From NCBI GenBank assembly GCA_964304625.1, contig OZ199838.1, forward strand, positions 7,458,035-7,522,034: a stretch of 64,000 bases of DNA. The letters run 5' to 3'. This DNA is from Kudoa neothunni. Taxonomy: Eukaryota > Animalia > Cnidaria. Positions 26,844-39,969 of the stretch are shown in pieces. Positions within the stretch are counted from its first letter, which is position 1. Each line of letters begins with the position of its first letter. A model generated the notes under the pieces. The model worked only from the letters and a program-made list of their open reading frames with translations. It made no database searches and was not told the DNA's origin. A program made the position numbers and the translations under genes.

Positions 26844-27396
26844 CGGTTGAATTGCAGAATAGTGGTCGTAGTCTAAATCAGCGACAACAGACAAACGTGT
26901 CAAATATTTTATTATTGAGTATTTATCAATATCGATCGTATCCCCAATAGGGCAACTTTGACAACAATTATTTGTCATCACAATAATAGTTGGTGTAATC
27001 TATTATATGTTGAACTCCTAGCTCCTTGCGATTATTTCAACAGAATGTACCACCAATTAAGCAGGTTAGAGTAAAGCATGCTTCATGTATTCTAAAATTG
27101 AGGTAGGAAAACCCTGATTTTGATGGATTATCACCATAAAACCTTAGCGATTGTCTACCGTATCAATCCCTTTTCTATAAGAATGAGAATTTCATATTTT
27201 ATATAAGCGATAGCTAATTAATCGTAGCAAGTGCATAACGTTAATATAAAAAATAATTTATTGAGTGAAATTCAGACATTACTACTATTAAATGGTCTAA
27301 CAATATTACACTAATTTGATCTAAAAAATTCGTGATTAATCTCCGAACTAATTATAATCTTTATTCGGAAAATATGACTACTCTCCTACATTTTAA
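26844..27396. mobile_element. MITE with Kolobok-like termini, copy 2 (inverted relative to copy 1)
   Basis: Reverse complement aligns along the whole of 18809-19370 with scattered substitutions. Termini slightly eroded. Confidence 0.85.
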
Positions 27397-27778
27397 GAAA
27401 ATTAAGTTTATTTTTACTTAAAACAAAAAATCTATTGTTTATATAATGGAGAATACATTGTTGAGAAGTGAAAAAACTAAGGACGGTGGGATTGAGATAA
27501 TTATCAAGTATACTTTCATTTAATTAGAAAATCTAAATATCAGTGCAACTCCAAAAACTATGTTTAAATCATGTTAAAGTTTCGAATTTGCGCAGATTTA
27601 ATAATAAATTCGACTAAAACTTAGTATCATTTAAATTAGCAAGACAATCGACATATTCTCGCTTTTAAATTTATTTGAAAATTTTTCTCAATACTTATTG
27701 AAATATGAGAAATAATCGTAATAGATATTCTAGCCACGGTAACACCACTGCCACATAAGACAGCGCTTCCAATCATTA

Positions 27779-27795
27779 TAAATCGCGTGCGCAGT
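27779..27795 (+). promoter_or_regulatory. Candidate promoter motif TAAATCGCGTGCGCAGT (NRF1-like core) upstream of cyclin T
   Basis: CpG-rich 17-mer ending 20 nt before the ATG, repeated exactly at 30634-30650. A related GCGCAAGCGC lies just upstream of the DHX8 ATG. Confidence 0.4.
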
Positions 27796-27815
27796 GCCCA
27801 CAGAATACTTTTCAG

Positions 27816-30388
27816 ATGTATTATAACCCGGATGAGAAATGGTACTTTGACAAGGAAGTGGCATTTAATTCACCATCCCATCAGCTTGGTCTGTCTATAG
27901 AGAAAGAATCTTTCTACAGACAAAGTTGCGCAAGCTTTATACAAGATATGGGTCAACAACTGAAAATGTGATTGTTTGTTATTTTATTCGGACTGCAAAT
28001 TTTTAACTTTCCAGCCATTTTTTGTTATTATTTGTTTAAAATCAATTTCCTTGTAGTAATCAGACTGCAATAAATACCGCAATCGTTTTTATGCATAGAT
28101 TTTACTGTTTTCAAACATTTCAGGATTTCCCAAGAAATGTAAGTTTGATTTGCTGTACAGACAGCTTCATGTCAGATTTCGGGTGTAGGATATGGCAGTT
28201 ACTTGTTTGTTACTTGCCAGTAAAGTGGAAGAACAATTTCGCGCACCAGTCGATATCTACATTGTCTTCCATCGTTTTCTATATAAAGAAGAAAAAGTCA
28301 AGGAAATGTTCCGAACTAAGAATCATCCTGTAATAAGTTGTTTGGGGTGATTTTCTTATCAAACATCGATTAGGAGGCAGAACGTTTCAACCGGAAAATA
28401 GTCAGCTATGAGAAAGCCCTTTTTATGACTTTAAGTAATTTTTAAGTGTCGATTGAAGTGATGTTATGTTAGATTCTGAAATTTTAATAACGCATGCAAA
28501 TGAATTTGTTCTTATTTGCTCCCTTAAAAATGGATGTAAGTGGCATTTGTTGCTTTTACAATGTATTATGCTCGCTCGGTTTGATAGATCCATCTGATGT
28601 GACACAAACGGCCTATTTTTTAGCAACCAACAGGTTAGTAACGATTGTTGCGTACATTTATGGAATCTTTGCACACTTTAGTCTACATCTAACAAGATAT
28701 TGTATAATTTATCCCCCCGAATTTATTGCTTGTGTGGCGTTATATCTGGCTGGTGAATGGGCTTCATTCCAAGTAATACCAATTTTCTGAGATAATTATT
28801 GCATGTTTTTTGAAGCTGCAAACTAATGAAGATCCTACAGCACCCAGATGGTATGACTGTGTTGCGTGCAATGTACGTTTCGTCGATATCAGAAGTTAGC
28901 TGTGTAACTCGGTGTAAGATGTTTATTAATTTGTTGTAGGTTGTGCTCTTGAGTTCTTGGAAGTTATGGAAAAATGCCCCTCACGAATTAAAAGGATCCT
29001 TCAAACTGGTCCAATTCTATCCAATGTATAAATTCTAATAGTTACAATTCGAGCTGAATTCTCGAATTTATCACATTTTGCCTTAGGTTAATGATATCAC
29101 ATTACTTTCAAAATCCTCCAATAATAACAACGAAACAAACGTTAAAGGTTATCATTCCTGTGTGTTTTCATTGGAGTTGAATTTTTCAGTAGATAGTTCT
29201 CTGGATACGTCGAAAATTGAAGATGCTGACGCAGAAGTATCCTCAAAAGAAGTAAAGGAAGGTTCCATTGATGTGTCTAAAACTGAACCTGAAATAATGT
29301 CCCATTCTTATGTCTCTCAGGGCAATAACCAGATACCGATTGCACAGGTAGCATGAGAACATAAATAAGGCAATGTTGATTCCTACTGAGTTTAGACGAA
29401 TAATATTTCTGACAATCATGAAGGAGCTGAAGTCTCGTCTGTTTGTTTTCGTTTGAAGCAGGCTTGGAACACAGACAACATCTCCAAAACCGATAAAAAG
29501 GACCTTAACAAATCTCTCAGTGGAGGGGTTGTTATGGACGAATCCGCCATTTTATCGCCACCTAAGAAAAGAAATCGTAGAAGTTTCTCCCATGACTTAA
29601 GTAATCTGAGCCCATCTCAGCAAAACACTGCATGCAGCACTGCGAGAGATGACTTTTCGTTAACTGATACATTCGTGGATAAGAAAATGTTTAAATCGTC
29701 CCCGACCTACGATAGTTTGAGTGGCGTCACCAACTTAGTCAACATTGATGCATCCGTCACTAATATTATTCAGAGCGAATCTGAATCTGTCAACACATGT
29801 GTTCCATCTTCTCAGAATGAGTTAGAAAATTCAGATAAGGACGCAATGATTAAATGTGAAGAAATCCCCTCGGATATCACAACTCATGGTAACACTGAGA
29901 AGATTAATACAACTTACCCTCCACCACAAACTACCGACAAGATTAGTTCTTCAACAGCTGAAGACACGTCGAATTTTTCGTTAAACCATGAGACTGGAAA
30001 AGATAATCCCACTGAAACTAAATCAATGGACTCTATAAATCCGACTGGCCTGTCACTGCTAAATATAGATAATACTAATTGCCGAGACTCAAATCCACAT
30101 GATGATACAGATATTGAACAAAACCCTATTTCTGACCTAACTACAAATGAGAACGATATTCCTAGCAACTCTATCTCAGAATTTAGCCCAAGCGAAAACA
30201 ACCATAATGCCAATACTGAACCAAAATTTGAAAACAACTCATGCAATCCCAACGAGTCTACTGTTGGAGATCATCTTCTCACCATCATACCACAAACTAC
30301 CGAGAAACCTTCAACGTTAAGACATTTAAGTGAAGGTGAATGCGAGGATTCCGATAGTCTCACTTTCACCAACGAAAACCCTGACTAA
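27816..30388 (+). CDS. CCNT: Cyclin T (P-TEFb regulatory subunit), ~11 exons
   Basis: Spliced translation MYYNPDEKWYF...NSPS...SFYRQSCASFIQDMGQQLK|INQTAINTAIVFMHRFY...CLLLASKVEEQ...AYFLATNSLHLT...IACVALYLA...EKCPSRIKR matches the cyclin T boxes. All introns GT-AG and in frame; long S/T/N-rich tail to 30388. Confidence 0.92.
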
Positions 30389-31102
30389 TAATTTAGTTAA
30401 TATTTTCTCTCGTAGCCCAGTGTTCATAAAAATTGTTAATATTGATTGTAGTTTGATGTGTGTTTTTATTATCAATTCAACAAACCTAATTCCAAATTAC
30501 ATATCATCAGTTCACGTCTTCAATTATATAATTTTTTAAAATTCTGTTTGTAGATGGTTATCCCAAACGGATCGTCTATAAATATGTTATACAAATTTTA
30601 TGATTACCATGGTAAGCAACCGATAATACGCAGTAAATCGCGTGCGCAGTTTCTAGAGGGTTGTGCCTTCTTTATTTTTCAGCGTAGGTATTACACCTCT
30701 TATTTAATTAGAATACCAAAAAACATTATCAAGAATATTTGAGAGAAAAATAAATCGCAATTTTTGTTTTAATCATATTTATTGATATAATATTGATATA
30801 CTTTTATATTTGGGCAAATTTAGTGAATGGTCAGTTCTAAAAAACTATAGATGCTATTTTATTTCTTATTCACTTTTAGCACAATATGAAAAAATTTTTA
30901 TATTTTAATCATAAAAGCTTTAGTTATGTGCATCTATAACATTCTTTGATTGGCAACTAACATTGTCTTGAAATAAAATTTATTCTATTTTCATGGAAAT
31001 GATCATTTTTTGATAGATATCTCAAAACACTCTTTCTATTTATTCAAAAATTCAACCGTCAGAATTAAAATTTTGCCCTCATTTCCAATAAAGACCATTT
31101 AA

Positions 31103-31599
31103 CCCTTTAACCCCAATGTTGCCAAATGGCAACATTATAATTTTGTGAGTGTTTTAACCATTTAATTACATTTTTTAATCTATCTTTATTATAATAATAT
31201 AGTTAATGTTGATTTGATTTTATATGAATGATTTATAAAAATTTGTATGTTTTATATCAAATGCAACACAGATCAATATCTAACTCTACGGCAAGTATAA
31301 AAAAGACTAAAAGTATCCTGAAATTGAACTTGGAATTTGGAGGCTTCAATAAAATTAAAAAATATACACATATAATATTAAATAAGTTTATTCTAAAAAT
31401 GAATCTAAGAAGAAAATGTTTTGATATGTATATTATAAGGGCATATTGATCCATGTTGCCATTTGGCACCATGTGTATCTTTTTAATTTTTGATATGACT
31501 ACTCCAATTTTTGGATATTTCATATAAAATTATTTTAAATTTAACAGAGCGAGCAAGAAAAATTTTTCAGTCACTGAATTAAATTCTGGATTAAAGGGG
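31103..31599. mobile_element. piggyBac-type MITE
   Basis: TTAA|CCCTTTAA ... TTAAAGGGG|TTAA. Internal palindrome ATGTTGCCAAATGGCAACAT repeated near 31453. Confidence 0.75.
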
Positions 31600-34224
31600 T
31601 TAATCTACTTGGTTTGTCGGGAAAAGTGCGTATTATCGGTTGCCTACTGTATCTTTAAATAAGCTTCGTTGAAAATTAAAGTAGCCAATATATGACATCA
31701 ACACCAAATATACACGGACAATTTTTATAATTTTAATTTGGACAGAAGACGTTAACCCCAATACTATTTGAGCTATAACCGCGGAGAATAAAATCTTTGT
31801 TAAATTTCATTGGTATAATTCAATTGTGGCTATCGCGCAATTGAAATCCCTGTTAGTTTTGGATGGTGCAAATCTATCGGATTTGTATAGTTTTTTGCTT
31901 TATATGTTATATGCTTCACGATTACCAGATTAAATTTTAATTTATTATTGTTTTATAAAATGACACTGGATACCTTCAATTTTAATATGAAAGTGATTCT
32001 TTAGCATTGTTTATTGATCAAGGGGTTATAGTTTCTGATTTAATAGAATCATTTATACCAGGGATTGGCAAGCTGGGAGGAATAGTCGTGCTAAACTAGA
32101 AGATGGGCCAAAGTATATATTAACCCTTTAGCTGTAATGAATTTTTGACTCCAGAATTGAAAATTTGAAATTTTTTGTGAGGAAATGGCTTATTTTATGA
32201 TTTTTTAATTTAAAACTAGATGATTTTATTATAAAGTTGGGCAGGGATACTACGCTCTTCTTTGAGACAAAGACTTGAGTGCATAATAACCCTGCACTAC
32301 TTAATATTCATGTTGGCACCTGTGCGCGACCACTTTTTCTGCTTTTTTTATTGATTCTCTCGTTGCACTAATAATAACTTCAATAGAGAGATGTAAACTA
32401 TTTTCGTAATAAAATGTCTCGATATCGCGAGGTTCGGTATGGAGTAGTCGACATTTTTTCCAGATTTTTATTACCAACATTGTAACCTTTTCGATGTATA
32501 TAGGCTTCTACTCTAGCGCTATACCCAAAAATACGAAATAACATTTAAAAAATGCATTTTTGTAAAATTCAGGGTCTTGCTATTGGGCAGTGGTTACTTC
32601 ACTTTAAATCCGATTGAGCTACTAAATCACACATTCGAACGTTCGGTATTGGGAAAGAAAGAAATTTTGGTAAAAAATTGGAACTATTCAATATTATGAT
32701 TCAATTACCTCAATCTGAAATGCTAAAAAGTTACTCTATAGCGCCAGAGGATACCATGAATTATGTTATTGTGAGTTTCATTCAAATTAAAATTAGTTAT
32801 CCTTCTCTGAATAGTATTATATCTAATATATCTGATATAATGAATTCCAATGTTGTTCTCTCAGTAAAGGAATTACAAATAAAAAAATACATCCAACATC
32901 AAATTGCATTATATGGCCGGATTGTGTCAGAACACCAAAAAAGGCAAATATTCTAGAGTTTTTATCACTGAGATGGAAAGACTTTTTTCTGATGATCTTA
33001 AATCACTGGTTTAAGTGGAACAAAAGGTTTCATTTAAAATTTTAAGATTCTCTGTTGTTTAAAAATTCACTCTTACTAGAGAAGGGGGGAAAGTTGATGA
33101 TAAAGTATTCAGATTTTTTAAGATGAAAAGTAGGTATGAAAAATAAAATATATTACATCTCGGTGAGACCGCTTTTTCCTAAGAACAATGTATTCAACAA
33201 ACACATGATATAAAGAAACTGTTAACTTCAGCCATAGAATGATGCGAACACGCCACAGATCACAATTTACAATCGGAACACAACGAAATAATAATAACCC
33301 TTTTTATAGGGTGCTAACAATATCCAGTTAATACGCTACATATAACAGAAGCAGTTGAATTAAAAGGAAATGAAACAATAAAAAAACCTGTAATATAATT
33401 ATAGAGTGCTTAATTTATAAGGATAAAATCCTCACATTGTGCCATTGGTGAATTTAAAGAGACCCCTGTTTTTAAGGAATTTATGAACTTTCTGTTAAAT
33501 ATTAACGATCCAAAAATTGGTTGAATGTCTTCAACTATCTTCATAACATCTTAAAAACTCTTGATGAAAAGTTCGCGAAAAGTGAAGAAAAGTTCAGGTC
33601 CGACTTAGTGCGCAATATCGAGACCTTACTGTAATTTTTTTATTGTTCACGGATTATTTTGAAAGTAAATAAAATTGTTTACGACAGAATTATTTGTTCA
33701 ACAAGAAATTTGTTATTTCTCTTGAACGAAGCTTATTCTATTTTACAAAAGGAAAAATTTAACTTTGTAATGTGATTCAACATTTCGGTGTCATAGACCT
33801 TGAATAATTTCTTTATTTTGTTTAGACTTTCTATTTAATCTGTTCATTTTTAGACTAACTCTCGAAGCAAAATCATGGATCTGTCCTCGACCGACAGTTA
33901 TAGGAGTGTTGTCTTTCGTGTCATTGGCTAATTTATCTTCCTCTTTTATTATACTCTCTGGACAGCCTTATATTTCTCGTTCTCGAAAGCTCGATCTATT
34001 CATTCGTCCATTTAAATATCGAGTAGTTTGAATTTTTTTTCTAAGAGTTTTGCGATAAAATCTTAAATCACTTGAAATAAAGTCTGAAAATATTTTTGAT
34101 TTTATTTATACAATTATATTCGATGTGGTGGTGGATTTAAAGCCGGAGGGCTTAAATCCGTTCATTTTCAAGCCACTCTTAATTCCTAATTTTTCCAATC
34201 TATCCTAATATATAAAGTAGTAGT

Positions 34225-34615
34225 TGTTTTGTTTACAAGGTAAAACCACTCTCGCAACTTATTAGGTTGTGGAATCCTGGTTAGTCAGACCTCATCCTTT
34301 AATGCTTTAGGCACCGCAGGAAGTAACATGAAACCCCGCCCCTTATCTTTATGCGGTAGTGTTGGACTTTAACCCACTAAACATCCTCGTCTCAGGCGAC
34401 CACCGCCCAAACCCTATCCCTTTAGGACGTTAGCTCTGTGAGGGCTGCAGATTACTTGCCTTTCGATGGGTTCCGGAGATTCAAACCCCTATTCACGCTC
34501 ACCCCACTCCACAGCGAGCGTACACTTTAACCACAACTCCCAAATATGGGATAGAGACCCACCGACAAGGAGGCAGTAGTCTGACCACTGGCGGATTCGA
34601 ACCCATTACCTATTT
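34225..34615 (-). mobile_element. tRNA-derived SINE, copy C (5' truncated by MULE)
   Basis: rc has B-box GGTTCGAATCC and core GAGGATGTTTAGTGGGTTAAAGTCCAACACTACCGC matching copy A; tail CCTAATAAGTTGC...GTAAACAAAACAA. Confidence 0.7.
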
Positions 34616-34620
34616 TTGAA

Positions 34621-36314
34621 GGCAGTGGCTATTGGCACGGTAATCGATATCTCCATAACCGCTTCTCAGTTTATAACCACATTTCGCCAACTTATTTATT
34701 GATTTTTTTCCTACAAAATTTTCTATATAAACATAAAACATATGTTTATCATCATGATAACCCCATTAAATAGAATGGAATGTTTAAAATAACAAATTAT
34801 AAGCTATTATTAACGTATATAATCTTTTAAAATTAATTATAACCAGCATTTTCATAATATATAAAAAATGGACGTCCGCCATTATTCATTGGTTGGGCGC
34901 GCAAAAACTACACCACGTGTCAAGACTCGCGAAAAATTAATTTAGATGTTTACATCAAAAATATATAAACCTATTTATAATTTTTATGTTACGTACGAGT
35001 ATTAAAAATTTAACCTCAGTTTTTGTATATTTGTAATGCATGATGTTATGTAGGTTTTATGATAATTATTGGATAATGAATTGTCAGCATAAGAAAGTAG
35101 AAAAAAAATTTAGGACATTTCTTGGAATAAAGATCATAATACCAAGATATTTGTAACCGTTCTACATTAGATTTAATATTAAATGATTTCAGTTTTATTT
35201 TAAGGCAGTGATACTTATACGACGTATGAATTCACATGATCGCGCAATTTTAAATTCATGGTTATGGAGCAAACAAGTCAATGCAATAACGAACAAACTA
35301 TTTTGAGATAGGAGAGAAGTTTCCTACAATTGATTCACTACGCGATACAATTTATACTTATGAAAAGAATAAATGTTGTAATCTTAAAATATACAACTCA
35401 ACATCTATAAGAAATGCACAGAAACGAATGAATAGATACCTTAACCCTTTAATGGTTTATTATGAAATAAAATACGTTTGTTTTTTTTCTAAGCAACATA
35501 AAAATCGCGGAATTGGAACAAGTACTTTTGCTAATAATTATTATTTTTATTTTTCATAAGTTAAAATTATCAAAAATTCCGACAAAGAAAATGGAGATAT
35601 TTTAGTTTGTGATTGTTTCTATTTATTACAGAAGTTAAGTCGAAGATTCGTGCAACAAAAAAGATGACAATTTTTCAGGTAATATTCGTTTAAGAATTTT
35701 CTCGTGGCAGAACAACCGTTCAAATTATCGTTGTTTATGATTATTAACATAAATTACAGACCGAGCGGTAATAATTGATGTCATTCGATAAAAAACAAGA
35801 AATGAAATACTGGAAGATGACTGTAATGCCGATTTACATAATATCTCTGATATAGCGCACGTATCAACATACAACGATATTAATCGTAACTTATTACATG
35901 TTCAAAATGAGATAATATCTAATAGGTCTTATTCTTCCCAATAAGGTAAAATCAGTAGGAAGACCTAGGGGCAAAAGATTAACAGCCATAGGCCTACGAA
36001 AAAAAAGAAAACAATAATCGAATGTTTCCAAGTAAGCCATAACGAAAATTTATCATTTGATTCCATTAAGTATACTTTTTTTGGAAGTCAAATATTTTTA
36101 TTTTTCTCATTGTGACAAAAATTCTGATGTAAGAAACAGTGCAAACAAATGTATAAAACAAGGTGGTCATTACTTGCGCGCCCAACCAATAAATAATGGC
36201 AGACGTCCATTTTTTATATATTATGAAAATACTGGTTATAATTAATTTTAAAAGATTATATACGTTAATGATAGCTTATAATTTGTTATTTTAAAAATTC
36301 CATTCTATTTAATG
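34621..36314 (+). mobile_element. Internally deleted Mutator/MULE element
   Basis: Starts GGCAGTGGCTAT like the 40740 MULE. Inverted repeat ~34765-34905 / ~36173-36312. Residual coding FEIGEKF...VYYEIKYVC and KVKSVGRPRGKRLTAIG is homologous to the N- and C-termini of the 40740 transposase. Outer right TIR missing. Confidence 0.75.
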
Positions 36315-36318
36315 TGGT

Positions 36319-39300
36319 GGTAATGGGGGAGTGTGTGGCACCTAAAAATCACTATCTTGCGCATGTTCCTTCTTCATAATTTTTTCACGATTGTTTATAA
36401 GAAAATAAAATAATACCGAGAGCAAAGATTCAGCTCAAAATAACAACTTCTAAATTCTAACAATTCTTAACCCGAACGCTGTCGGATGCACGTGCAATCT
36501 CTATCGTGTGACAATAAACATTGAATTTTCTCTTTCTCTCTCCTCTTATTAACTCGACTGTTACATATTATCAATATTTTAATTTTTGTCTATTTTAATA
36601 TAACAACTTTAAATTGAAAAACTTAAAAACAGGCTTTTCGCATTTTCCACAAAAAACATCATATTTTCTATTACATATATATGTTGTATTAACTGCAAAA
36701 ATTATATATGTTAATATCAACAATCCTAAAAGTTCATTATGTTAAAGACCTTATAAAAAAAATCTGTGCACCAATATTTTATTGAAATGTATTTATTTAA
36801 CAATTCTTTTTGATAAATAAAAATGGGAGCTAGAATCAAGATTGAATATAAATGTTTGTAACGATAATTACAGTAATAGAAATAATTTCTACACAACATG
36901 TTTAGAATAATATACTTGTCAATTTGTTACTATATTATCACAAATTATGGGCAATATTATACATTTTATGTTATAATAATCGCATAATTCTCAATTAAAG
37001 TTATAAAAACGGTGACAATAATTTAATAATTTTAAAGCGTTATTTTTTAATCTACATATTTGCAACATTACCAAAGAGATCTTTTAGAAAATTTTAATAT
37101 GATATTGTATTTTTCAGGTAAATAAATCTTTTCGAAATAATAAAAGAATTATATAGTAATGGAACCTTCATTGAGATATTATGTTTATTAGGCAAACAAT
37201 TTTTTATTGTTATTCTCATTTCATTAAATCAGGTGTTCTCAACCGGGGATAAATTAAGTAACATCAAAATTGGATGTGGAAATTTTTTCTTTATGTGCGT
37301 GTGATATATTGCAGGATTTCTAAGGAATTATATTATGTGGGGATATTAAAATCAATATGAATTAAGGAGAAATTCTTATAAAATTTTTTAGGAAGAAATA
37401 TTTAACAGTTATTTTAAAAATTATTATCAATCTCTACCTTTTATGCCTCTTATTTTTTGGTGATGCATCACCTAATAATTATAATTATACTTACCATGAC
37501 TATTTTCATGGTAATTAATATTTATGGGTCAATAGTTGTGACCACTTTAATTATGTCAAGACCATAAGAGCTAAGAAATTGGCAACAAATAATTTAATTT
37601 GGCAAATCTGAAAAATTAAATCTATATACGGCTTGTAAAAGTAGATGGAATTAAAAATTGTCATTTTGCGAGCGTAATTGTCTTTTAGGACAAAATTTTA
37701 CCCCTCAAACATCAAATAACTTCTGCTATAGCTAAACCAGTATATAAAACCTTAGAGTAAAAATGAATTTGGCTTCCAAGTTAAGGGGGTAAATTTGAAA
37801 AAACAATTGAGAACCCTGCATTATACGATTATATTCGATTTGTTTTATTAAAAATATAGCACAATTAATATTTAACTCAGTATGGATTGTATATATTTTA
37901 TTATATTATTATTTTCAAAAAATTCGATGGCTAAAATCGAAAATGGCATTCCCTACTTATAATATACCACATATATTCTTTATGCATAAAAAAAGTTGCA
38001 ATATCGTTAATTTAATAATTTTTGCATATTCATAGATAGGCATGTATTTATTTATTCAGTAGTATATTTAATCTTACTAAAAACGTTATTTATAAATTCA
38101 AATTTTCCCCCATAAATTTATCTGAACCATTCCTCAGATAAATATGCTTCTAGTTTTCAAAAGAAATTCCTCTTTTTATTCATAGGAATTTTGTTTTCAG
38201 TCTTCCCCAGCAAACCTCGATGGTATTGGTGTGAAACCCATCGCGAACATATTCTATAGAATGATTAATTTTTATATGATTATAACCAAGTAATGATAAA
38301 TTATTGTAGGCAGACCACTCACCACTAAAAATGGTCAACCCAGAAATGACTTCATTCTTGATAATTTCGGTCAAGGTTTCGGATTTTCCTTTTTCGACGT
38401 AGAAGTGTCAAACCAAATATCCACGGCCCGTCAATACGGTTACCGTATCTTCCTCTTTTTGCTGAATTTATATACTTAAATGAATTGAACAAAGTAATCA
38501 TATATTGCTTGGGGAATTATCCGACACTTCGTTCTCTGATGGCTCATATTGACTTCCGCTCATAACATCGATTGCTACAGGATCAAAAGTATAACAAGCC
38601 ATAATAAAGAAATATAATGCATCAAATAATAGAGATAATCACTTGGATCAACAAATTCTTTGTTCGGAGACGTTTTCCAAACATCACCTTTTAAATAACG
38701 GCCACGTCGATTTCTACTACGAAACTTTCTCCGCCAAATTTGGATCGTTGGTTAAAGTTATGGGTGAAAATATCTCGAAGCTTTGTAAACCACATGGCCA
38801 TCGTTTTCTTGTCAGAATGAATCATTTCGGAGGCGGATAAAATAGAATTATCCATAGATCCGTAATAAATAATTTTACAAATTTTTTGATTGTCAGGTTA
38901 TGAGATGGACCATGACAACTGGAAATAGAAAAGAACGTTCCATTCCTCGGAGATACCTTGGTTTTGCATCTAAATCCCTTTAAGGTGGTTTTTAGAGACA
39001 ACGTTATTACTTTTTACAAAAATAGCAAAACATATAATCATAATTATTCCGTTCGTACGATGTCATTTCTGAAATAGGTCTTCTGACATTTGATTTTCGT
39101 TTTGTTAATGAAAAACATTTAAAATTATAACATTTAGAGCACCTATGAGGTTGAGAACGAAGATACCCTTTATGTGGCAATGTATCCAATAATTTCATGG
39201 GATCATTAATTAGTGAAAAAAAGCGTCATCTCCTAGAAAACTTAATGAATCCATTTCCTTAACACATGCTAACCCATTATTTTATTAACGAAGTTTATAT

Positions 39301-39587
39301 GTTGTTCCAATAAAGAAATTAAATTATTATGTTCAATAATAAATAATGAATGGAATGGTTAATTTGAAAAAAAGAGAAAATTCAATGTTCATTGTCACAC
39401 GATAGAGATTGCACGTGCATCCGACAGCGTTCGGGTTAAGAATTGTTAGAATTTAGAAGTTGTTATTTTGAGCTGAATCTTTGCTCTCGGTATTATTTTA
39501 TTTTCTTATAAACAATCGTGAAAAAATTATGAAGAAGGAACATGCGCAAGATAGTGATTTTTAGGTGCCACACACTCCCCCATTACC
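36319..39587 (-). mobile_element. Merlin (IS1595/ISXO2-like) DNA transposon, decayed transposase
   Basis: ~217-bp TIRs starting GGTAATGGGGGAG. Minus-strand fragments: N-terminal Zn ribbon (RCSKC...FCYFC), KFGGESFVVEID, IFSGEWSAYNNL...HIKINHS...GFHTNTIEVCWGRLK. Confidence 0.88.
37230..37818. mobile_element. hAT-type MITE nested in Merlin
   Basis: CAGGTGTTCTCAA ... TTGAGAACCCTG. Imperfect 8-bp TSD CATTAAAT / CATTATAC. Confidence 0.6.
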
Positions 39588-39969
39588 AATTTTTCTCCAT
39601 ACCTCTATTTATATTTGAATGGAAAGTGTGCGCATAATTTCGTTTATCTAAATCATCATATTGCAAAAATAATGACAAGCTTTATAATACATAAATTAAA
39701 ATAGAAAAATAGAATTAAAAGTTAAAATTTCCCATCACACTGTACCATGCAAAACTGGGCATTAGCGCTATTTACTTAAAAATCAAAAAGGCTATAGTCT
39801 GCGCCAGGTGTTAGCCTACTTGGCTGGGCAAGGAAGCCTTCGCAAAGCGGGGCTTTTGGGCTAGTATTATATATTTTTTAAAAAAATTGGGTCATTCAAC
39901 ATGATATTTTTGAGGAATAGGTGGAATTATAAAATTTAGAAATATGGAGAAACTAGAGTAACAATATCC

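Larger units (their letters stand above)
34203..39864 (+). mobile_element. Helitron termini (same family as 61406-62034) bracketing a stack of other TEs
   Basis: 5' A|TCCTAATATATAAAGTAGTAG at 34203; 3' GGAAGCCTTCGCAAAGCGGGGCTTTTGGGCTAG|T at 39864. Both match the ends of the 61406-62034 element. That the two ends belong to one copy is inferred. Confidence 0.5.

Noticed and set aside
32124-33650. TTAA-CCCTTT start, TLNPIEL motif and ORF 32678..32956 as a transposon
   Set aside because: No matching second terminus or coherent transposase; probably mixed TE debris.
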